A stretch of 62,021 nucleotides of DNA from a virus (IMGVR_UViG_3300012665_000376:1-62021), one strand, 5' to 3'. Positions 9,043-20,800 are shown, counted from the first letter of the stretch. The notes: generated from the letters alone by a model not told the origin. Translations and numbers: made by a program.

Positions 9043-9370
9043 TGAAGTAGAACAGACCACTACGTTTACAGATAGCGTAGTTTTTGAAATCATTAAAGAG
9101 TTTGGAGAAAGGGCTGAGAAAGGCTATAACAAGTATGGCACAGATATGGACAGAACAGACCTATCTGTAGCCGACTGGGCACAACACCTTAGAGAAGAAT
9201 TAATGGATGGATTAGTCTATCTTACAAGATTAAAGAAAGATATTATTAAGTTAGAAGAAGAGTTAGAAGCACACCGCAGTGACACTAAGTCAGAATCTGA
9301 AGTCAAATTTTACGATGGCGCGGAATTTGTTACATACAAATACGTTACCCAACCAAGCAAAAAGCCATAG
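9026..9370 (+). CDS. MazG-like / all-alpha nucleotide pyrophosphohydrolase-type protein
   Basis: RAEKGYNKYGTDMDRTDLS..DWAQHLREELMDGLVY motif. Confidence 0.65.
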   Translation: MELKNSEVEQTTTFTDSVVFEIIKEFGERAEKGYNKYGTDMDRTDLSVADWAQHLREELMDGLVYLTRLKKDIIKLEEELEAHRSDTKSESEVKFYDGAEFVTYKYVTQPSKKP

Positions 9371-9401
9371 TTGTTGATTTGATTTCATAAGTGTGTGTGC
9401 G

Positions 9402-9435
9402 AAAGGTAGTCTGTTTTACGGGCTACCTTTTTTTT
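9402..9435 (+). terminator. intrinsic terminator
   Basis: AAAGGTAGTCTG/CGGGCTACCTTT stem followed by a T run. Confidence 0.85.
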
Positions 9436-9446
9436 ATTGTAAACTA

Positions 9447-9478
9447 TTTGTTTTATAAAAATCAATCCCGTATATTTG
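9447..9478 (+). promoter_or_regulatory. Bacteroidota-type promoter
   Basis: TTTG (9447-9450), 20-nt spacer, TATATTTG (9471-9478), immediately after the terminator. Confidence 0.8.
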
Positions 9479-9498
9479 TCAAAGAAATCAATCAAACA

Positions 9499-9678
9499 AT
9501 GAGAAAAATTCGCTACAGCGACGTAGTCAGCAAGGCTGAGGTACTCGCAACCGACCCCAACAGTTACACCAGAAGAGGTGCACTTAAGTCCAGAATTGAA
9601 AGAAGAATTAATCGCCTAACAAACAAGGCAGTCTTCCTTACTCAATTCGAACAACCTGAAGAAATTATTAACTATTAA
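9499..9678 (+). CDS. small basic hypothetical protein
   Basis: ORF 9391..9678; start moved to ATG 9499 because the upstream part is terminator plus promoter. Confidence 0.65.
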   Translation: MRKIRYSDVVSKAEVLATDPNSYTRRGALKSRIERRINRLTNKAVFLTQFEQPEEIINY

Positions 9679-9694
9679 ACCAAACAAATAAAAT

Positions 9695-10411
9695 ATGGCA
9701 CGTTCAGATGCATACGCTACAACAGCGCAATCCCCAGTTAAGAAGTATTTATCTTGGTCTTCTAATGACAAGTGTTTTACTTATTGGGACAAAGAGGCAA
9801 AAGAAAACAAGAAACTTTCATTGCCTGTAAAGTTTATTCACTACGATGAAATGGCTACCATCAAAGGATGGCACGATGGCTCAGGGTCAGGCATTTACTC
9901 TAATGAAGTGAAGTCTACAAAGACTGAACCATTCACGGTTCGTGCGTTTAAGGGAGGCGAAATTGCTTCAGGCTTATACCAAGACATCAAAGGCAAAGTT
10001 AACTCGTCAGGAGGCGATTATTACGTTAGCTTGTACGCAGAATTAGGTGGAGAGGTAGTTAACTTTTCATTTAAAGGAGCGGCTTTAATGACGTGGTCTA
10101 ACTTTTCTAAGGAGAATCGCAAGCAATTCTTAGGTAACTACATCAATGTTCTTTCAGCATCTGATGAGAAGAAAGGTTCTGTTAAGTATAGTGTGCCTGT
10201 ATTTACTATTGGTAATGATATCGACTCTTCAGTAAGTGAAGCTTCAGACAAGAATTACGACAACTTAGTTGACTACTTTAAAGCGCGCAAGGCTAACTCA
10301 GCTTCGTCTGCTGAAGAAGTTCAGAGTCACACCGCTGAGTCTATCTTTGCGCCTAAAGATGACTTCCCTACAACTGCATTCGAAGATGCTTCAAGCGAAC
10401 TTCCTTTCTAA
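9695..10411 (+). CDS. single-stranded DNA-binding protein
   Basis: aromatic beta-rich core and acidic tail ending ..EDASSELPF; located in the recombination module. Confidence 0.7.
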   Translation: MARSDAYATTAQSPVKKYLSWSSNDKCFTYWDKEAKENKKLSLPVKFIHYDEMATIKGWHDGSGSGIYSNEVKSTKTEPFTVRAFKGGEIASGLYQDIKGKVNSSGGDYYVSLYAELGGEVVNFSFKGAALMTWSNFSKENRKQFLGNYINVLSASDEKKGSVKYSVPVFTIGNDIDSSVSEASDKNYDNLVDYFKARKANSASSAEEVQSHTAESIFAPKDDFPTTAFEDASSELPF

Positions 10412-10412
10412 G

Positions 10413-10883
10413 ATGAACGAACTAGCAACTCTAAAGAAAAGTACGATTGTCTCCGCTGACAAACGAGAAATGACAAACATTGTGAGCCAATATCTTGAGG
10501 ATATGGCTTACAATGGCGGAGAACCTCTAAAGGATTTAGCATTGTGTAGAAAATACATATTTTTGCTAGAAGAATTAGAGAAAGGTCTGAAAGACTTTGC
10601 GATTACGGAACTAGAGTCATACGAAAGAAACGAAACTGACGTACTAGGAACAACTGTTAAGGCTGTTGAAGCTGGCGTTAAATGGGACTTCTCAGCATCA
10701 TCTGCTTGGGCTACCCAAAAGGCTAGAGTAGATGCCGAATCTAAAAGACTAAAAGATATCGAAGCATTTGCTAAGACACTTAAGTCTAAGACTACAGTTG
10801 TAGACGAAGAAACAGGAGAGGCAGTAGAATACTTTCCTCCAGCTAAATCAAGTTCAACATCAATTAGAGTAACCTTATCGTAA
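10413..10883 (+). CDS. hypothetical protein (recombination module)
   Basis: ORF 10269..10883; ATG 10413 follows the SSB stop. Confidence 0.7.
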   Translation: MNELATLKKSTIVSADKREMTNIVSQYLEDMAYNGGEPLKDLALCRKYIFLLEELEKGLKDFAITELESYERNETDVLGTTVKAVEAGVKWDFSASSAWATQKARVDAESKRLKDIEAFAKTLKSKTTVVDEETGEAVEYFPPAKSSSTSIRVTLS

Positions 10884-11020
10884 TGGAAAATAGAAACTTT
10901 AACCAGGTGTGGGATAACATAGGCGCTCAGCTTTATAACCTACACCGACAAAAGATAGACTCAGCTAAGGCTAAGTTCGCCAAAGAGAAAGAAGATGATA
11001 AATATAATAAAAGAGATTAG
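10883..11020 (+). CDS. small hypothetical protein (45 aa; not in the ORF track)
   Basis: MENRNFNQVWDNIGAQ... starting at a TAATG overlap. Confidence 0.45.
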   Translation: MENRNFNQVWDNIGAQLYNLHRQKIDSAKAKFAKEKEDDKYNKRD

Positions 11021-11225
11021 AACTGAACTAGGAATGACTCAGGCGGTATTTGCTAGAGAGGCGGGATTCAATACCGTTCAGCAGATATCAGGACTAGAGA
11101 ACAACCAACGTGGCATAGGATTTAATCTCCTAGGTAAGATGGTTAGAAACTTGTCTGCTAATGGTCATCCAATTAATCTCGACGTCAACTTAACTGTTGG
11201 AGAAAAGACACTAAGAATCCACTAA
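10995..11225 (+). CDS. XRE/Cro-family HTH regulator
   Basis: IKEIRTELGMTQAVFAREAG...ISGLENNQR. Confidence 0.85.
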   Translation: MINIIKEIRTELGMTQAVFAREAGFNTVQQISGLENNQRGIGFNLLGKMVRNLSANGHPINLDVNLTVGEKTLRIH

Positions 11226-11626
11226 TGGTAATAGACGAAGAGATTGCAACAATTCAAATAGAGTGGGAGGGGGTTGACTTATCTCTTAACAAATGGTACG
11301 CGAATAGACACTGGTCTTTCCGTAACAAAGAAAAAGAGTTCTGGGCTAACCTCTTCCTTAAGTTGCTTCCTAAGCGCACAAAAAAGATAGACAAGTATAT
11401 TATAACAATGTACTTCAATAGTCGCTTAGACGCCAGTAATACCGTGCCTATGATTAAGATTCTAGAGGATACTATGAAGAAAGCACACTACATTGTAGAT
11501 GACTCCAAAAAATTCTGCAAAGGTATTCAAATTTACCCAGATGAAAATCTAGGTAAGAAGCATTACAAGTTAACAGTTCACATCCTATCCTATGCAACTA
11601 AAGAAACTAAAGCTTATCGCGCCTGA
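11225..11626 (+). CDS. RusA-like Holliday junction resolvase
   Basis: LSLNKWY...RLDASN...KILEDTMK...IVDDS pattern of the RusA family. Confidence 0.75.
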   Translation: MVIDEEIATIQIEWEGVDLSLNKWYANRHWSFRNKEKEFWANLFLKLLPKRTKKIDKYIITMYFNSRLDASNTVPMIKILEDTMKKAHYIVDDSKKFCKGIQIYPDENLGKKHYKLTVHILSYATKETKAYRA

Positions 11627-12116
11627 TACTTACCAAGAAAAGCTATCGGATATATTTTCAAAGGAAGTCTTCTATACTAATCTTGATAAATATAAACAGC
11701 GAAATCAATCAGATGTTAAAAAAGTAATATCTGATATCTATATAGGCAAGATGGCTGAATTTGCTGTATGGAATTACCTACAACGAGATGGTAAAGACGC
11801 TACATTCCCTGACATTATGATATATTCTGCTAACAAAAAATCATATGACGCCGACATTACAGCAGGGGATGTTAAGATTCACGTCAAGTCTTGTGTTGCA
11901 ATGGGAGTTTACCCTATAAGCTGGGTATTCCAACCCAATGACCCCGTTACAATTAGCCCCTCTAATAAAGACTTCCTAGCGCTTGTTTCTATTGAGGATG
12001 ACAATTCCTTTAATGCGTACTTTGTTAAGGCATTAGATGTTCTGAAAATATACGAGAAGCCTAAGAAAGAAGGATTAGATAAAAAAGTTATTTACGAATC
12101 AACCTTACTACAATGA
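11592..12116 (+). CDS. PD-(D/E)xK restriction-endonuclease-like protein
   Basis: GKMAEFAV...YDADI...IHVKS arrangement. Confidence 0.55.
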   Translation: MQLKKLKLIAPDTYQEKLSDIFSKEVFYTNLDKYKQRNQSDVKKVISDIYIGKMAEFAVWNYLQRDGKDATFPDIMIYSANKKSYDADITAGDVKIHVKSCVAMGVYPISWVFQPNDPVTISPSNKDFLALVSIEDDNSFNAYFVKALDVLKIYEKPKKEGLDKKVIYESTLLQ

Positions 12117-12262
12117 CATCAGCAACAATATTCTTAATTACAATGGCTGTATTATTTATAGTCGTATACAACTGGGTTAAAGGCATAGACTATATGCAAA
12201 AAAACCACCCTGATTACAAAGGAGAAGATTTCTTAGGAGAAGAAGAGGAGGTGGCTAAATGA
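12113..12262 (+). CDS. small membrane protein (49 aa; not in the ORF track)
   Basis: MTSATIFLITMAVLFIVVYNWVKGID...; last + strand gene, abuts the convergent stop. Confidence 0.55.
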   Translation: MTSATIFLITMAVLFIVVYNWVKGIDYMQKNHPDYKGEDFLGEEEEVAK

Positions 12263-12538
12263 TTATTTGCCCCCTCTTGCGCGCTTATCTCCTGCAGTAT
12301 CTGATTTAGAGCCTCTATTAACGGAGGCTTTTTTCATTACTATACCTTTTGAGGTGTGTGACATATCCTTGCCATCTCCGTTTCCGTATGTACCTCGCTC
12401 GCGATTAACCTTTACTAACTCTGCTCTCTTAGCGCGTTGTTCTGGCTTGCGATTAAACTCTTTATTGTAGGCATCTTTCTTAGCCTTAGATTCTGGATTA
12501 GCGGCGTAATATTTAGCGCTCTTTTTCATCACTATCAA
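12263..12538 (-). CDS. small basic protein (possible degenerate HNH-like)
   Basis: K/R-rich; GDGKDMSH...NRG motif. Confidence 0.65.
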   Translation of the reverse strand: MIVMKKSAKYYAANPESKAKKDAYNKEFNRKPEQRAKRAELVKVNRERGTYGNGDGKDMSHTSKGIVMKKASVNRGSKSDTAGDKRARGGK

Positions 12539-12989
12539 CTTTATGTTTTGAAGCCACTAAGTTACACATTTTTATGAAGTAATCCTGAGAGTAGATATAT
12601 TTCATATAGTTAACGTCTTTGTGAACTATCTGTATATTCTCGCGCACATATCCTACTGCATTATCAATCCTGTCCAAAGACGCAGTGTCATTAAATGCAA
12701 TTGGGACACCAGACAAAGCGCAGACTTTATCTTGCGCAATGTAGATGTCCCAAATTTGTTCTATTGTAATCGTGAAATCGTAACCTCTCTGTGTTGCCCG
12801 CCTAACCTTTCCATTGTACCAAGCGGCAGGTATATCTTCGTGGTAATTATTAAGCCCTCTCAAATGGTTAGAACAAGTCCTACAGGGAGTTCCTTTCTTT
12901 AATCCTCTATTCCTTTCAGACACTTCGCTGTATGCCAGTTCTTTTTGGCATATTGGACATTGTCGTATATGGAGTTTGTCAGGATTCAA
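12513..12989 (-). CDS. His-Me/HNH-like homing endonuclease
   Basis: CxxC pairs; CALSG...SLDRIDNAVGYVRENIQIV...NYMK. Confidence 0.75.
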   Translation of the reverse strand: MNPDKLHIRQCPICQKELAYSEVSERNRGLKKGTPCRTCSNHLRGLNNYHEDIPAAWYNGKVRRATQRGYDFTITIEQIWDIYIAQDKVCALSGVPIAFNDTASLDRIDNAVGYVRENIQIVHKDVNYMKYIYSQDYFIKMCNLVASKHKVDSDEKER

Positions 12990-12991
12990 TC

Positions 12992-13813
12992 CTATTTTTT
13001 AACAGGTTTGCTATTCTTAGCTTTCTGTGCTTCAGCTGACCTCCTAGCCCACTCATCTTGTTTAGCTTGTATAGCCGCTCTTTGTTCTGGTGTCATAGAA
13101 AATTCATCTACGCCAGCCATATTCCAGCCTGAACCTTTAGCTACCTGTGTCAAATACTGCACTTCTTCAGGCAAATCTCCACTTCTTATATATTCGTGAG
13201 TTTTATTTGGATTAACAGGATTTCTATATACCCAATTACCTTTTTCATTTTTTAAAGCTCGACTCCTTATTGTTTTGTCAGGAATAGCTCCGCTTGGATT
13301 TAATGATGTTTCATAATCAACCATACCTACGTCAGGATGACTTCTGTCAATTGAACCATCGGGAAGCCTCATTCCCTCTAATATTTTTGCGCCACCTACT
13401 GCTGTTTTATACTCCGTCCAAATAGGTCCTGGATTGTTTATTAAATGCTTACTTTTTGGAGAAACATATTTAATTTCTTCTGTTGGCTGTTCTGCATAAT
13501 ATCCAGTATTATTCTCCATTTGATTTAACCAATCCAATACTGCTTGCGGAGTCTTAGTTGGTTTGCCATCTGTAGCAGAGTTTAAATACAGAGCTTTATT
13601 TTGTTCATTAGATTGCGCAACAGCTGGCTGCTTAACAACCTTATTCCCTTTACCTGACTGAGGTGGCTGTAAGTATTGAGCCTGCTGTGGGACAGACGCC
13701 TGACCTTGCGATTGAGGCGACATAGCCACCATTGAAGTCTGCGATGTAGCCGCTGGCTGAACTGGGTCAGGAGATACGCGATTTAATAATAAATCTGATA
13801 GATTAGATAACAT
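12992..13813 (-). CDS. hypothetical protein with Q/P-rich N-terminus
   Basis: 273-aa ORF in the late operon. Confidence 0.7.
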   Translation of the reverse strand: MLSNLSDLLLNRVSPDPVQPAATSQTSMVAMSPQSQGQASVPQQAQYLQPPQSGKGNKVVKQPAVAQSNEQNKALYLNSATDGKPTKTPQAVLDWLNQMENNTGYYAEQPTEEIKYVSPKSKHLINNPGPIWTEYKTAVGGAKILEGMRLPDGSIDRSHPDVGMVDYETSLNPSGAIPDKTIRSRALKNEKGNWVYRNPVNPNKTHEYIRSGDLPEEVQYLTQVAKGSGWNMAGVDEFSMTPEQRAAIQAKQDEWARRSAEAQKAKNSKPVKK

Positions 13814-13814
13814 A

Positions 13815-14126
13815 TTATGAACCTTTAACCCATTTTTTAGATGGAGATGCTGTTTTACTTGGAGACCATTTTACTTTATTTGCCCAATAGGCGGCACTCA
13901 TTTTACCTTTGGCAATGTTCTTTGCGTGGCGAGACTTAAACGCTTCACGCTGACCTGCAGTCTGGTTAGTCTTAACACCTGCTTGCCCAAAACGAATAAG
14001 TTTAACTTGGTCTCCATCTTTAGCTAAGACAATATGAGACTTGCCGTTATGCGTACTTCTCTTAGGTTTATTGACCCCTGACAGATTGTACTTTTCTAGC
14101 TTATTCTTTATTGAATCGTTAATCAT
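13815..14126 (-). CDS. small basic phage protein
   Basis: VKLIRFGQAG...FKSRH...SAAYWA, a widespread basic phage motif. Confidence 0.75.
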   Translation of the reverse strand: MINDSIKNKLEKYNLSGVNKPKRSTHNGKSHIVLAKDGDQVKLIRFGQAGVKTNQTAGQREAFKSRHAKNIAKGKMSAAYWANKVKWSPSKTASPSKKWVKGS

Positions 14127-14269
14127 TTCTTTTTAGCTGTTTTAGCTGACTGCTTAAACGCTTTAGCCGTTGGAGCACCTTTTGAACCAGGTGTTCTCAT
14201 TTTTTCTCCAGAACCAGCTTTAATTCGTTCTTGCTTAGCGTGAATATTAGCGTATAACCCATTCTTCAT
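14123..14269 (-). CDS. small basic protein (48 aa; not in the ORF track)
   Basis: MKNGLYANIHAKQERIKAGSGEKMRTPGSKGAPTAKAFKQSAKTAKKK; fills the gap exactly. Confidence 0.7.
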   Translation of the reverse strand: MKNGLYANIHAKQERIKAGSGEKMRTPGSKGAPTAKAFKQSAKTAKKK

Positions 14270-14270
14270 A

Positions 14271-14741
14271 TTACTTAAAAGTAAAAGTTAAACGGTAAAT
14301 AGTTTGGTCTACTAATCCATTAATTTCATCTAAGATATTTGTTAAGGCTGAATTGCCAATTACTAACATTCTAGCTTCTCCAGCAATATAAGACTTAAAT
14401 GATTCTAAGAATGTCACAGGAGCATCCATTGTGTATGGCTTTACTTCCATATCGCAACCTAGCATCATTCTGCCATAACATCCTTGATATGACTCAATAA
14501 ATTTATCCATTAGACCATTAAAGCCATCATAGAATTCGCCTAATGCCTCGTGTTCTGCAAAAGAAGAAGTTTGCCAATGGAAAACTTTTGCCTGTGCTGA
14601 TGCTTCTAGCATTTCACATAATAGTTCTTCTTGAGGATTTTCCCCCGATTCTTTTTCTGAAGACGACTGAGAGTAGTCATTCATTAAATTACCAAAGGCT
14701 GTAGCCCTCTTGGCTTTTTGCATTTCTATTAAACTTGCCAT
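14271..14741 (-). CDS. Dps/ferritin-like protein
   Basis: KVFHWQT..FAEHEALGEFYD...DKFIESYQG...NILDEI...TIYRL four-helix-bundle motif. Confidence 0.8.
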   Translation of the reverse strand: MASLIEMQKAKRATAFGNLMNDYSQSSSEKESGENPQEELLCEMLEASAQAKVFHWQTSSFAEHEALGEFYDGFNGLMDKFIESYQGCYGRMMLGCDMEVKPYTMDAPVTFLESFKSYIAGEARMLVIGNSALTNILDEINGLVDQTIYRLTFTFK

Positions 14742-14743
14742 AA

Positions 14744-14890
14744 CTATTTATTCTTTTTCGATGCAAGATACTTAAAATAATTTACTTGTTTCTCACGTTT
14801 TTCTATACCTGCTTTAGTCTTAGCAGTTCCTAGGTTACGTCCAGTTGTTTTGGAGACTAACTTGTAGCCTCCTGCTGTTTTCTTTATCAT
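14744..14890 (-). CDS. small basic protein (48 aa; not in the ORF track)
   Basis: MIKKTAGGYKLVSKTTGRNLGTAKTKAGIEKREKQVNYFK...; fills the gap exactly. Confidence 0.7.
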   Translation of the reverse strand: MIKKTAGGYKLVSKTTGRNLGTAKTKAGIEKREKQVNYFKYLASKKNK

Positions 14891-14891
14891 A

Positions 14892-17800
14892 TTATCTTTC
14901 TCTTAAAACACCTTTGTTTTCGTAAATTTTCTTATAATACATCATTGTCATTGGATTAGCAATGCCCATTATTTTTAAATCACGCATCACTTGTTCGTTT
15001 TCTAATACGTTAAAATTAGGGAATGACGCGTATAGAACTTTAGCTCTTGATTCATCAGATGTTGCACCAAATGCAATAGCTCCATATCTGAATTTATTAC
15101 TTGGGATTGCTAAATAAGTTTCCTCAGTTAATGCCTTATAATAGTTTGCCGCATATTTCTTGTCTCCAATATCAGATATAGAAGTAATGTAACTAACAGC
15201 TTCTTTCATAGGAGTTTTATCCTCAGCCATTTTCTGTAGGTCATACTTAATTTCTTGTCTGAATGAACCTACATTTTTGTTTTCTTGCTCAACAATATCC
15301 TGTACATTAATGTACTTTCCATTATTCTTTTTATCAGTAGTACCCGTTGCTCTACCTAATAAATCCGAAACTGGCTGTACTGCAAAGTCTCCTATTTTCT
15401 GACCAGCATATTTAGACTGTTCTTTTGGAGATAATCCACCTAATGACTGAGGTATTAAGTTCACAAACTTATCCATCATAGTATATGCTAAACCAACTGC
15501 AATGTTAGTGTGCGGATTAGTTATCATATCTTCAACAGCTTTTTGTGTTCTAGCAGGAGATACCTCTAACCCAACGTTGTCAGCAACCTTAGCCATCATC
15601 TTGTAGAACCCAAGAACATTCTCATTAAATCTTCCCTCGTCTTTAGTGTTGACAACTTCGTAATTAACATCTCTTCCTGTCCAAAGATTCTTGTTTGCCG
15701 CATACTCATAAATAGCCTTAGCAGATGGAGGCATCATTGTAGTAAACTTAGGCAACATCATAGCCAAATCTTCTTGGAAAGTTTTAGCTAATACGCCATT
15801 CAATTTTTCAGGAGTTTTAGCTATGTTCTTGTAATACATACCCTCTCCCATATTTTGGAATAAATTCCATATTGATTTAACTCCAGTTGGCACAGGTATT
15901 TCTGCATACGAATGAGTTCCATCCGAGTTCTTAAATGGAGAGAACACCAATAGCTTACCTGCTTTTGCTTGTTGTAAGTCATCGTTATCCCATTCATCTC
16001 CAGCGACCATCATATTATATATTGTAAGCGCCATTACACCAAGCCCTGTCTGTGCAATCTTATTAAAGAATTTAACAGGATTGTTTTTAATGTACTCAAC
16101 AGTTATTCTTGTGCCTTGAAAAGCTACGTTAAGGTATGGGATAAAACCATCTAAGTATTTAGTCAATAGACCACCTCTGTGGAAATCCATTGCACCTCTA
16201 GCTTCATAAGCAGCCCTAGACTTAATCTTCTCCATAGCCGCCGCATCTGGAGTTTGACCATTGTTTTCGCTTTCGAATTTAGCTATCTCTCTTTCTTTGA
16301 CAGACTTATAAGCATTTAACTTAGAAGCTAATTCCGATATGTTACCAAGGTAAGATAGAGCTTCTTCAACCTTATTTAGAATGGGTCTATTTGAAGTTCC
16401 CTCCTGAGACTGGGTCATCATTAAACCACCTGCCTGTGCGTATTCTAGCGCTAATGCTGAAGTAGCCTTGTCCTTTGCAATAAGAGACTTAGCAGTTGAT
16501 AACGTACCAGAAATAGCTTTATTATACTCTCCAGCTACGCCAACGCTTCCACCATTATACACATCATTAAAGTGAATCTGAGAAAGTAAGTCAATTGGAA
16601 TATTGGTAATAAAGAATCCAATGTTCATACCTGTTGCAAGCTGTCTCAAAATTTGCGCTCCTGACGCTTTAGCTAATATTTTGTATGCTGAATGGTTTGT
16701 ATTCCATTTCTCTACATCTGAGAACTCATTAGCTAAATCTGACTGTAATTGAAATCCTTGGTTAACTCCATTAACCTTAAATATCATATTAGTAAATCCG
16801 TATGACGATTCCTTGAACTTTAATGAACCATCTTTATTAGTTGCAATAGAACCGTCCGCGCGTCTTTCGTAGTTTAATTCTTTAAAGAATGGCAAGTTCT
16901 TTCCAGCACCCTCTTGGAAGAAAGTTTGTAAAGCTTTGTTAGTCATTACCTTATGTTCTGTAGCCACCATTGCTGAGTGCAATAGTTTCATAGAATCAGT
17001 CTCTAGGTAATCTAAACTTCCATCTTTAATACCCTTTATTTCATCTTGATTTAAAGTTACACCTCTATTAGCATATAGATTAGCATTGGTATCGCCAAAC
17101 ATATGTTCAAAGAATTTACGCGGGCTATAGTTATAGTCCTTGTACATATCATATTCCTCTTTAGTAATAAGTCCGTTATCGTACTTATACTTTAAAAGGT
17201 CAGAGAATGTACTGAAATACTTATTTGACTTATCGTATATCTTGTTATACGCCTCATCTCCTAAAGATTTCTTGTAGTCAGCCAATGTTTTTTCAGCCGA
17301 CTCTTTGTTAGTAGTTACATCCTTTCCATTTACATCTGTATGGGTAGGGTGGTCTGGTCTATTTTTAGTAGCCGCTTTCTCTTTTAAATCTTTAATTTCT
17401 TTGTCAATAGCCGATATTTCCTCTTTTGTTTCAGCAATCTTTCTAAGGTCTAATAAATCCTTGATTTTCTGAAGAAGTAAGTTTCTTTGATTGTCAAAGT
17501 TTGCATCAATAGCAGCTACACGGCGCAAGAAGACAAAGTCATCTAATCTAGCCACCTCTTCTTTTGTCAAATCAGAATAGATGTCCTTAAATATTCCTTG
17601 GAACTTAAAGTTTGCTAATGGAGCTGCCCCCGCTTTATTAACTAAAGCGTATAAAGAGAACTCCATATCAGCATCTGCTAAAGCGCGTCTAATGTTTATT
17701 TGTCTGTCAAATAGCCATTTCTGTACTTCAGTTGGAAACTTCTTAATATCAAACTTTCTTTTCTGTTCAAAAGCTTTCTTGGACGCCTGAGTTGCGTTAG

Positions 17801-20800
17801 GTACTTTTTGTTGTTTTAATCCACCTCTTGTGGATTCCCCGACAACACCTTGTCCAGCTCCATCAACTCCTCTTCCGACATCTCCTTGTTGAGTATTTTC
17901 TGTACCCCCTTCTTGAACAGGTTTTGCCCAAGTTGGGTCTTTGATTCCTCCTGCAAATTCATCGATTTGTTTTCTTGCTTCATCTATTGATATTTTATTG
18001 TTTGCGTAATTATTCCAAATACTCTCTACTTTAGCTACGTTTTGTTTGCTGTTTTTAAACGTTGCTGTAAATAATCCACGAATAGCTTCCCAAGTAATAC
18101 TTTGCACTTGTCTTGGCAATAAATCAGTTTCTTTTGCGGCTAACTTATAGCCTTCTGCATAAGCGTAATATAATCCTTTTATTCCCAATGGAGAAGAATT
18201 CTTAGTCCCTGTGCCAAAATTTTGCCCTACTTGTTTTGAATTTCCAGACAACGGCATTAATAATGCAGCAGCAATCGCGTGAGTATCCATTGTAACATCT
18301 TGGTCTTTAGACATAGGGTCTATGATGTTATTATAGAAATTCCTAATCTTGTGCATTTCGCCAAGTGACCTAGTAATATTCTCTTGGCTACCATCTAAAT
18401 AGATAGCGTTAGCTTTGTTAATCTCTGTATAAGAACCCCAGGCTACCTTAGCTTTTTCTCCATCATTTTTTACGGCAAGACCCATTACCTGACCATCTGG
18501 ACGTAGTACATCATAATCTTTTGTTACATTAACTTCGTTCCAAAGACGTGTATAATATCCTTTCATTTCATCAGGGACATCATACATTCTTTTTCCCGTT
18601 AACTCTGCTATTGAATCAATTACTCTGTTTGAGTTATCTAGATTTTTATTATATTTATCATTAGCAGAACGCAATTTTTCTTTACTATCTTTTAAAACTT
18701 GTTTAGCAGCAGTAATATCTTGTTTTGTGGATTCTTTATTTTCAGAAACTAGTTCAACATTCTTTTTAGCCGCTTCGTATGCTTTCTTTGATTTATTAAC
18801 TTCTCTTTTTACTGGAGTTAATCCTTCTTTAGCAATTAATTTCTGCTTTTCAACCATCTCCTTACTCATTACTGGATTAGCTTCGTGAGCCATTAATACC
18901 ATTTCAGCCAACCTCACGTTTTGATACCAGTCTTTTTGAGGAGACAATGAAGCCATAACACCTGCAACTTGTTCTTTAGTTATCCCATATTTTTTAGATA
19001 AATCTTGGGCTAAAATATTTGCACCATCATACCACAAAGTAGAAACCTCTTTGTAGTTTTCATTAAAGTTCTCCATTAAATACTCAAGATTGTTAGCAAC
19101 TTCTCTTGAAAAAACATCATATACTTCTTGAGCATCTTCAATTGTTGTAATGTTGCTTTTATTAACAATGCCTGAAACTAAAGGATAGTTTGCTATGATA
19201 TTTGAGTTGGCAATAAATAATTCTGGAGCATTAGCTTTCACATATTCTAATGATAAATCTTCTGCCTCTTGAACTACTTTTTTACCATTCTTGGTAGATA
19301 CAGATAATCCCTTAGAGACTCTATTGCCTGCTCTTGATAATGTTCTAATTTCCTTTACATCAATGTTTTTAACAGATGTAATTTTTTGCTGCCTAAATCC
19401 TGTAACCTCTTGATTTGCTTCAGTATTCCCAATTAATTTCTCTATTCTAGATACATCAATACTTTTACCCGACTGTATTGACCTAGCTAAGTCAGTAAAG
19501 AATTTCATATCTTCTTGAGCAGACGAAGATTCTGGGAATAATTTATCAGCCAATTTCATTAATGGCTGGTTATTCATTTTCTTCGCTACTTTTTGAATGA
19601 ACTCTTTAATAGCCATTCTTATTTTGTGCAATCTACTAGGAGTAAACTTAACGTCTCCTTTCGTTAACATACCCGCTAATTCAGACAAGAATTCTTCTGC
19701 CTGCATATCTACGCCATCTTCTTCGTATTGACCTGCAAATTCTTGCAATCTAGAACGTTGTGGCTCAGGTATAAATGGTAGGATTCTCTCTACCATATTA
19801 GCAAATTCTTTAGGGTTTTGCTTAGCTAAAGGCAATAATACCGCGTGAGTTACTTCGTGTGGAAGTGTTGTCCCAGTTAAGGTATTAATGATATTACCCG
19901 CCGAATCTTTAGATGACTTATTAATGTGTACGTTGCCCGTAGCTGGGTTAAATAATCCTCCAGCACCCAAAGATACCTCGATAGCTCTTTCGCGGCTTAC
20001 ACCCTCGTTAACCAAGCCCTCAATCATAGAGTCTTCGTTATCGTAGATAATCATCTTAGAGTTTGGAGACACTGAGGTTAATGCCTTGTATGCATTAGAT
20101 ATAATAGTCTTGACTTGTGCTCCTAATGTATTAGATATAGGGTTATCTGTGCGTTGTTCAAATTCACTATCAACCTCTACTGCTTGACGCGGCGTTAAAT
20201 TAGTCGTAGGCTCAACTTGTTGAGTTGTAGTTGTTTGCTGTGTTGTAGGACTAACAGTTGGCGCTTTTCTGCCTGCCAATTTAGTCGTCCAATCAAATCC
20301 CATTCCAACGGTTTCTTCTGTAACTGCTTGCTCAAATATTGCATCAGAAACTGTGCCTAATTTGTCTTGCTTAGCTTTTAAAGCTATGTCTAATGCTAAG
20401 TCAGGATTATTAACCTCAAACGTCGTATTGTTTCTGTTGTCTCTTAATACAACACCTGATACATTACCATCCTCATCAAATTTGCTCTCCACAAATTCAG
20501 TAAAGTTTGTATCTATGACAATAGGATTTTTAGCTGCCTTATTTTGTTCGTCTCGTATTTTAGCTTTTTTATTGAAAGAAACTTTAGGCTTCAATATAAC
20601 TTTTCCCGACGGAGTAACTTCTGCAACCGTGTTGGTTACTGTTCCATCTTCTGAAGTGACTGTGACTGCATTTCCTGCCCATCTGCTGTTTGCAACTGAT
20701 TGGGCTGCTCCTTGCCTTTCAACTCTTCCAATTTCTCTAGAACTTTTAGTTGTTTGTCTTTCGGTAACCTCTGTAAAATCAGTTTTTGTTGCAAATTCAT

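Noticed and set aside
10162-10180. Second hammerhead at CTGATGA in the SSB gene
   Set aside because: No stem II/III or flanking complementarity; lies inside coding sequence
14763-14770. Promoter TATCTTGC upstream of the Dps-like gene
   Set aside because: Imperfect -7 box with no clear -33 element, and it lies inside a small ORF
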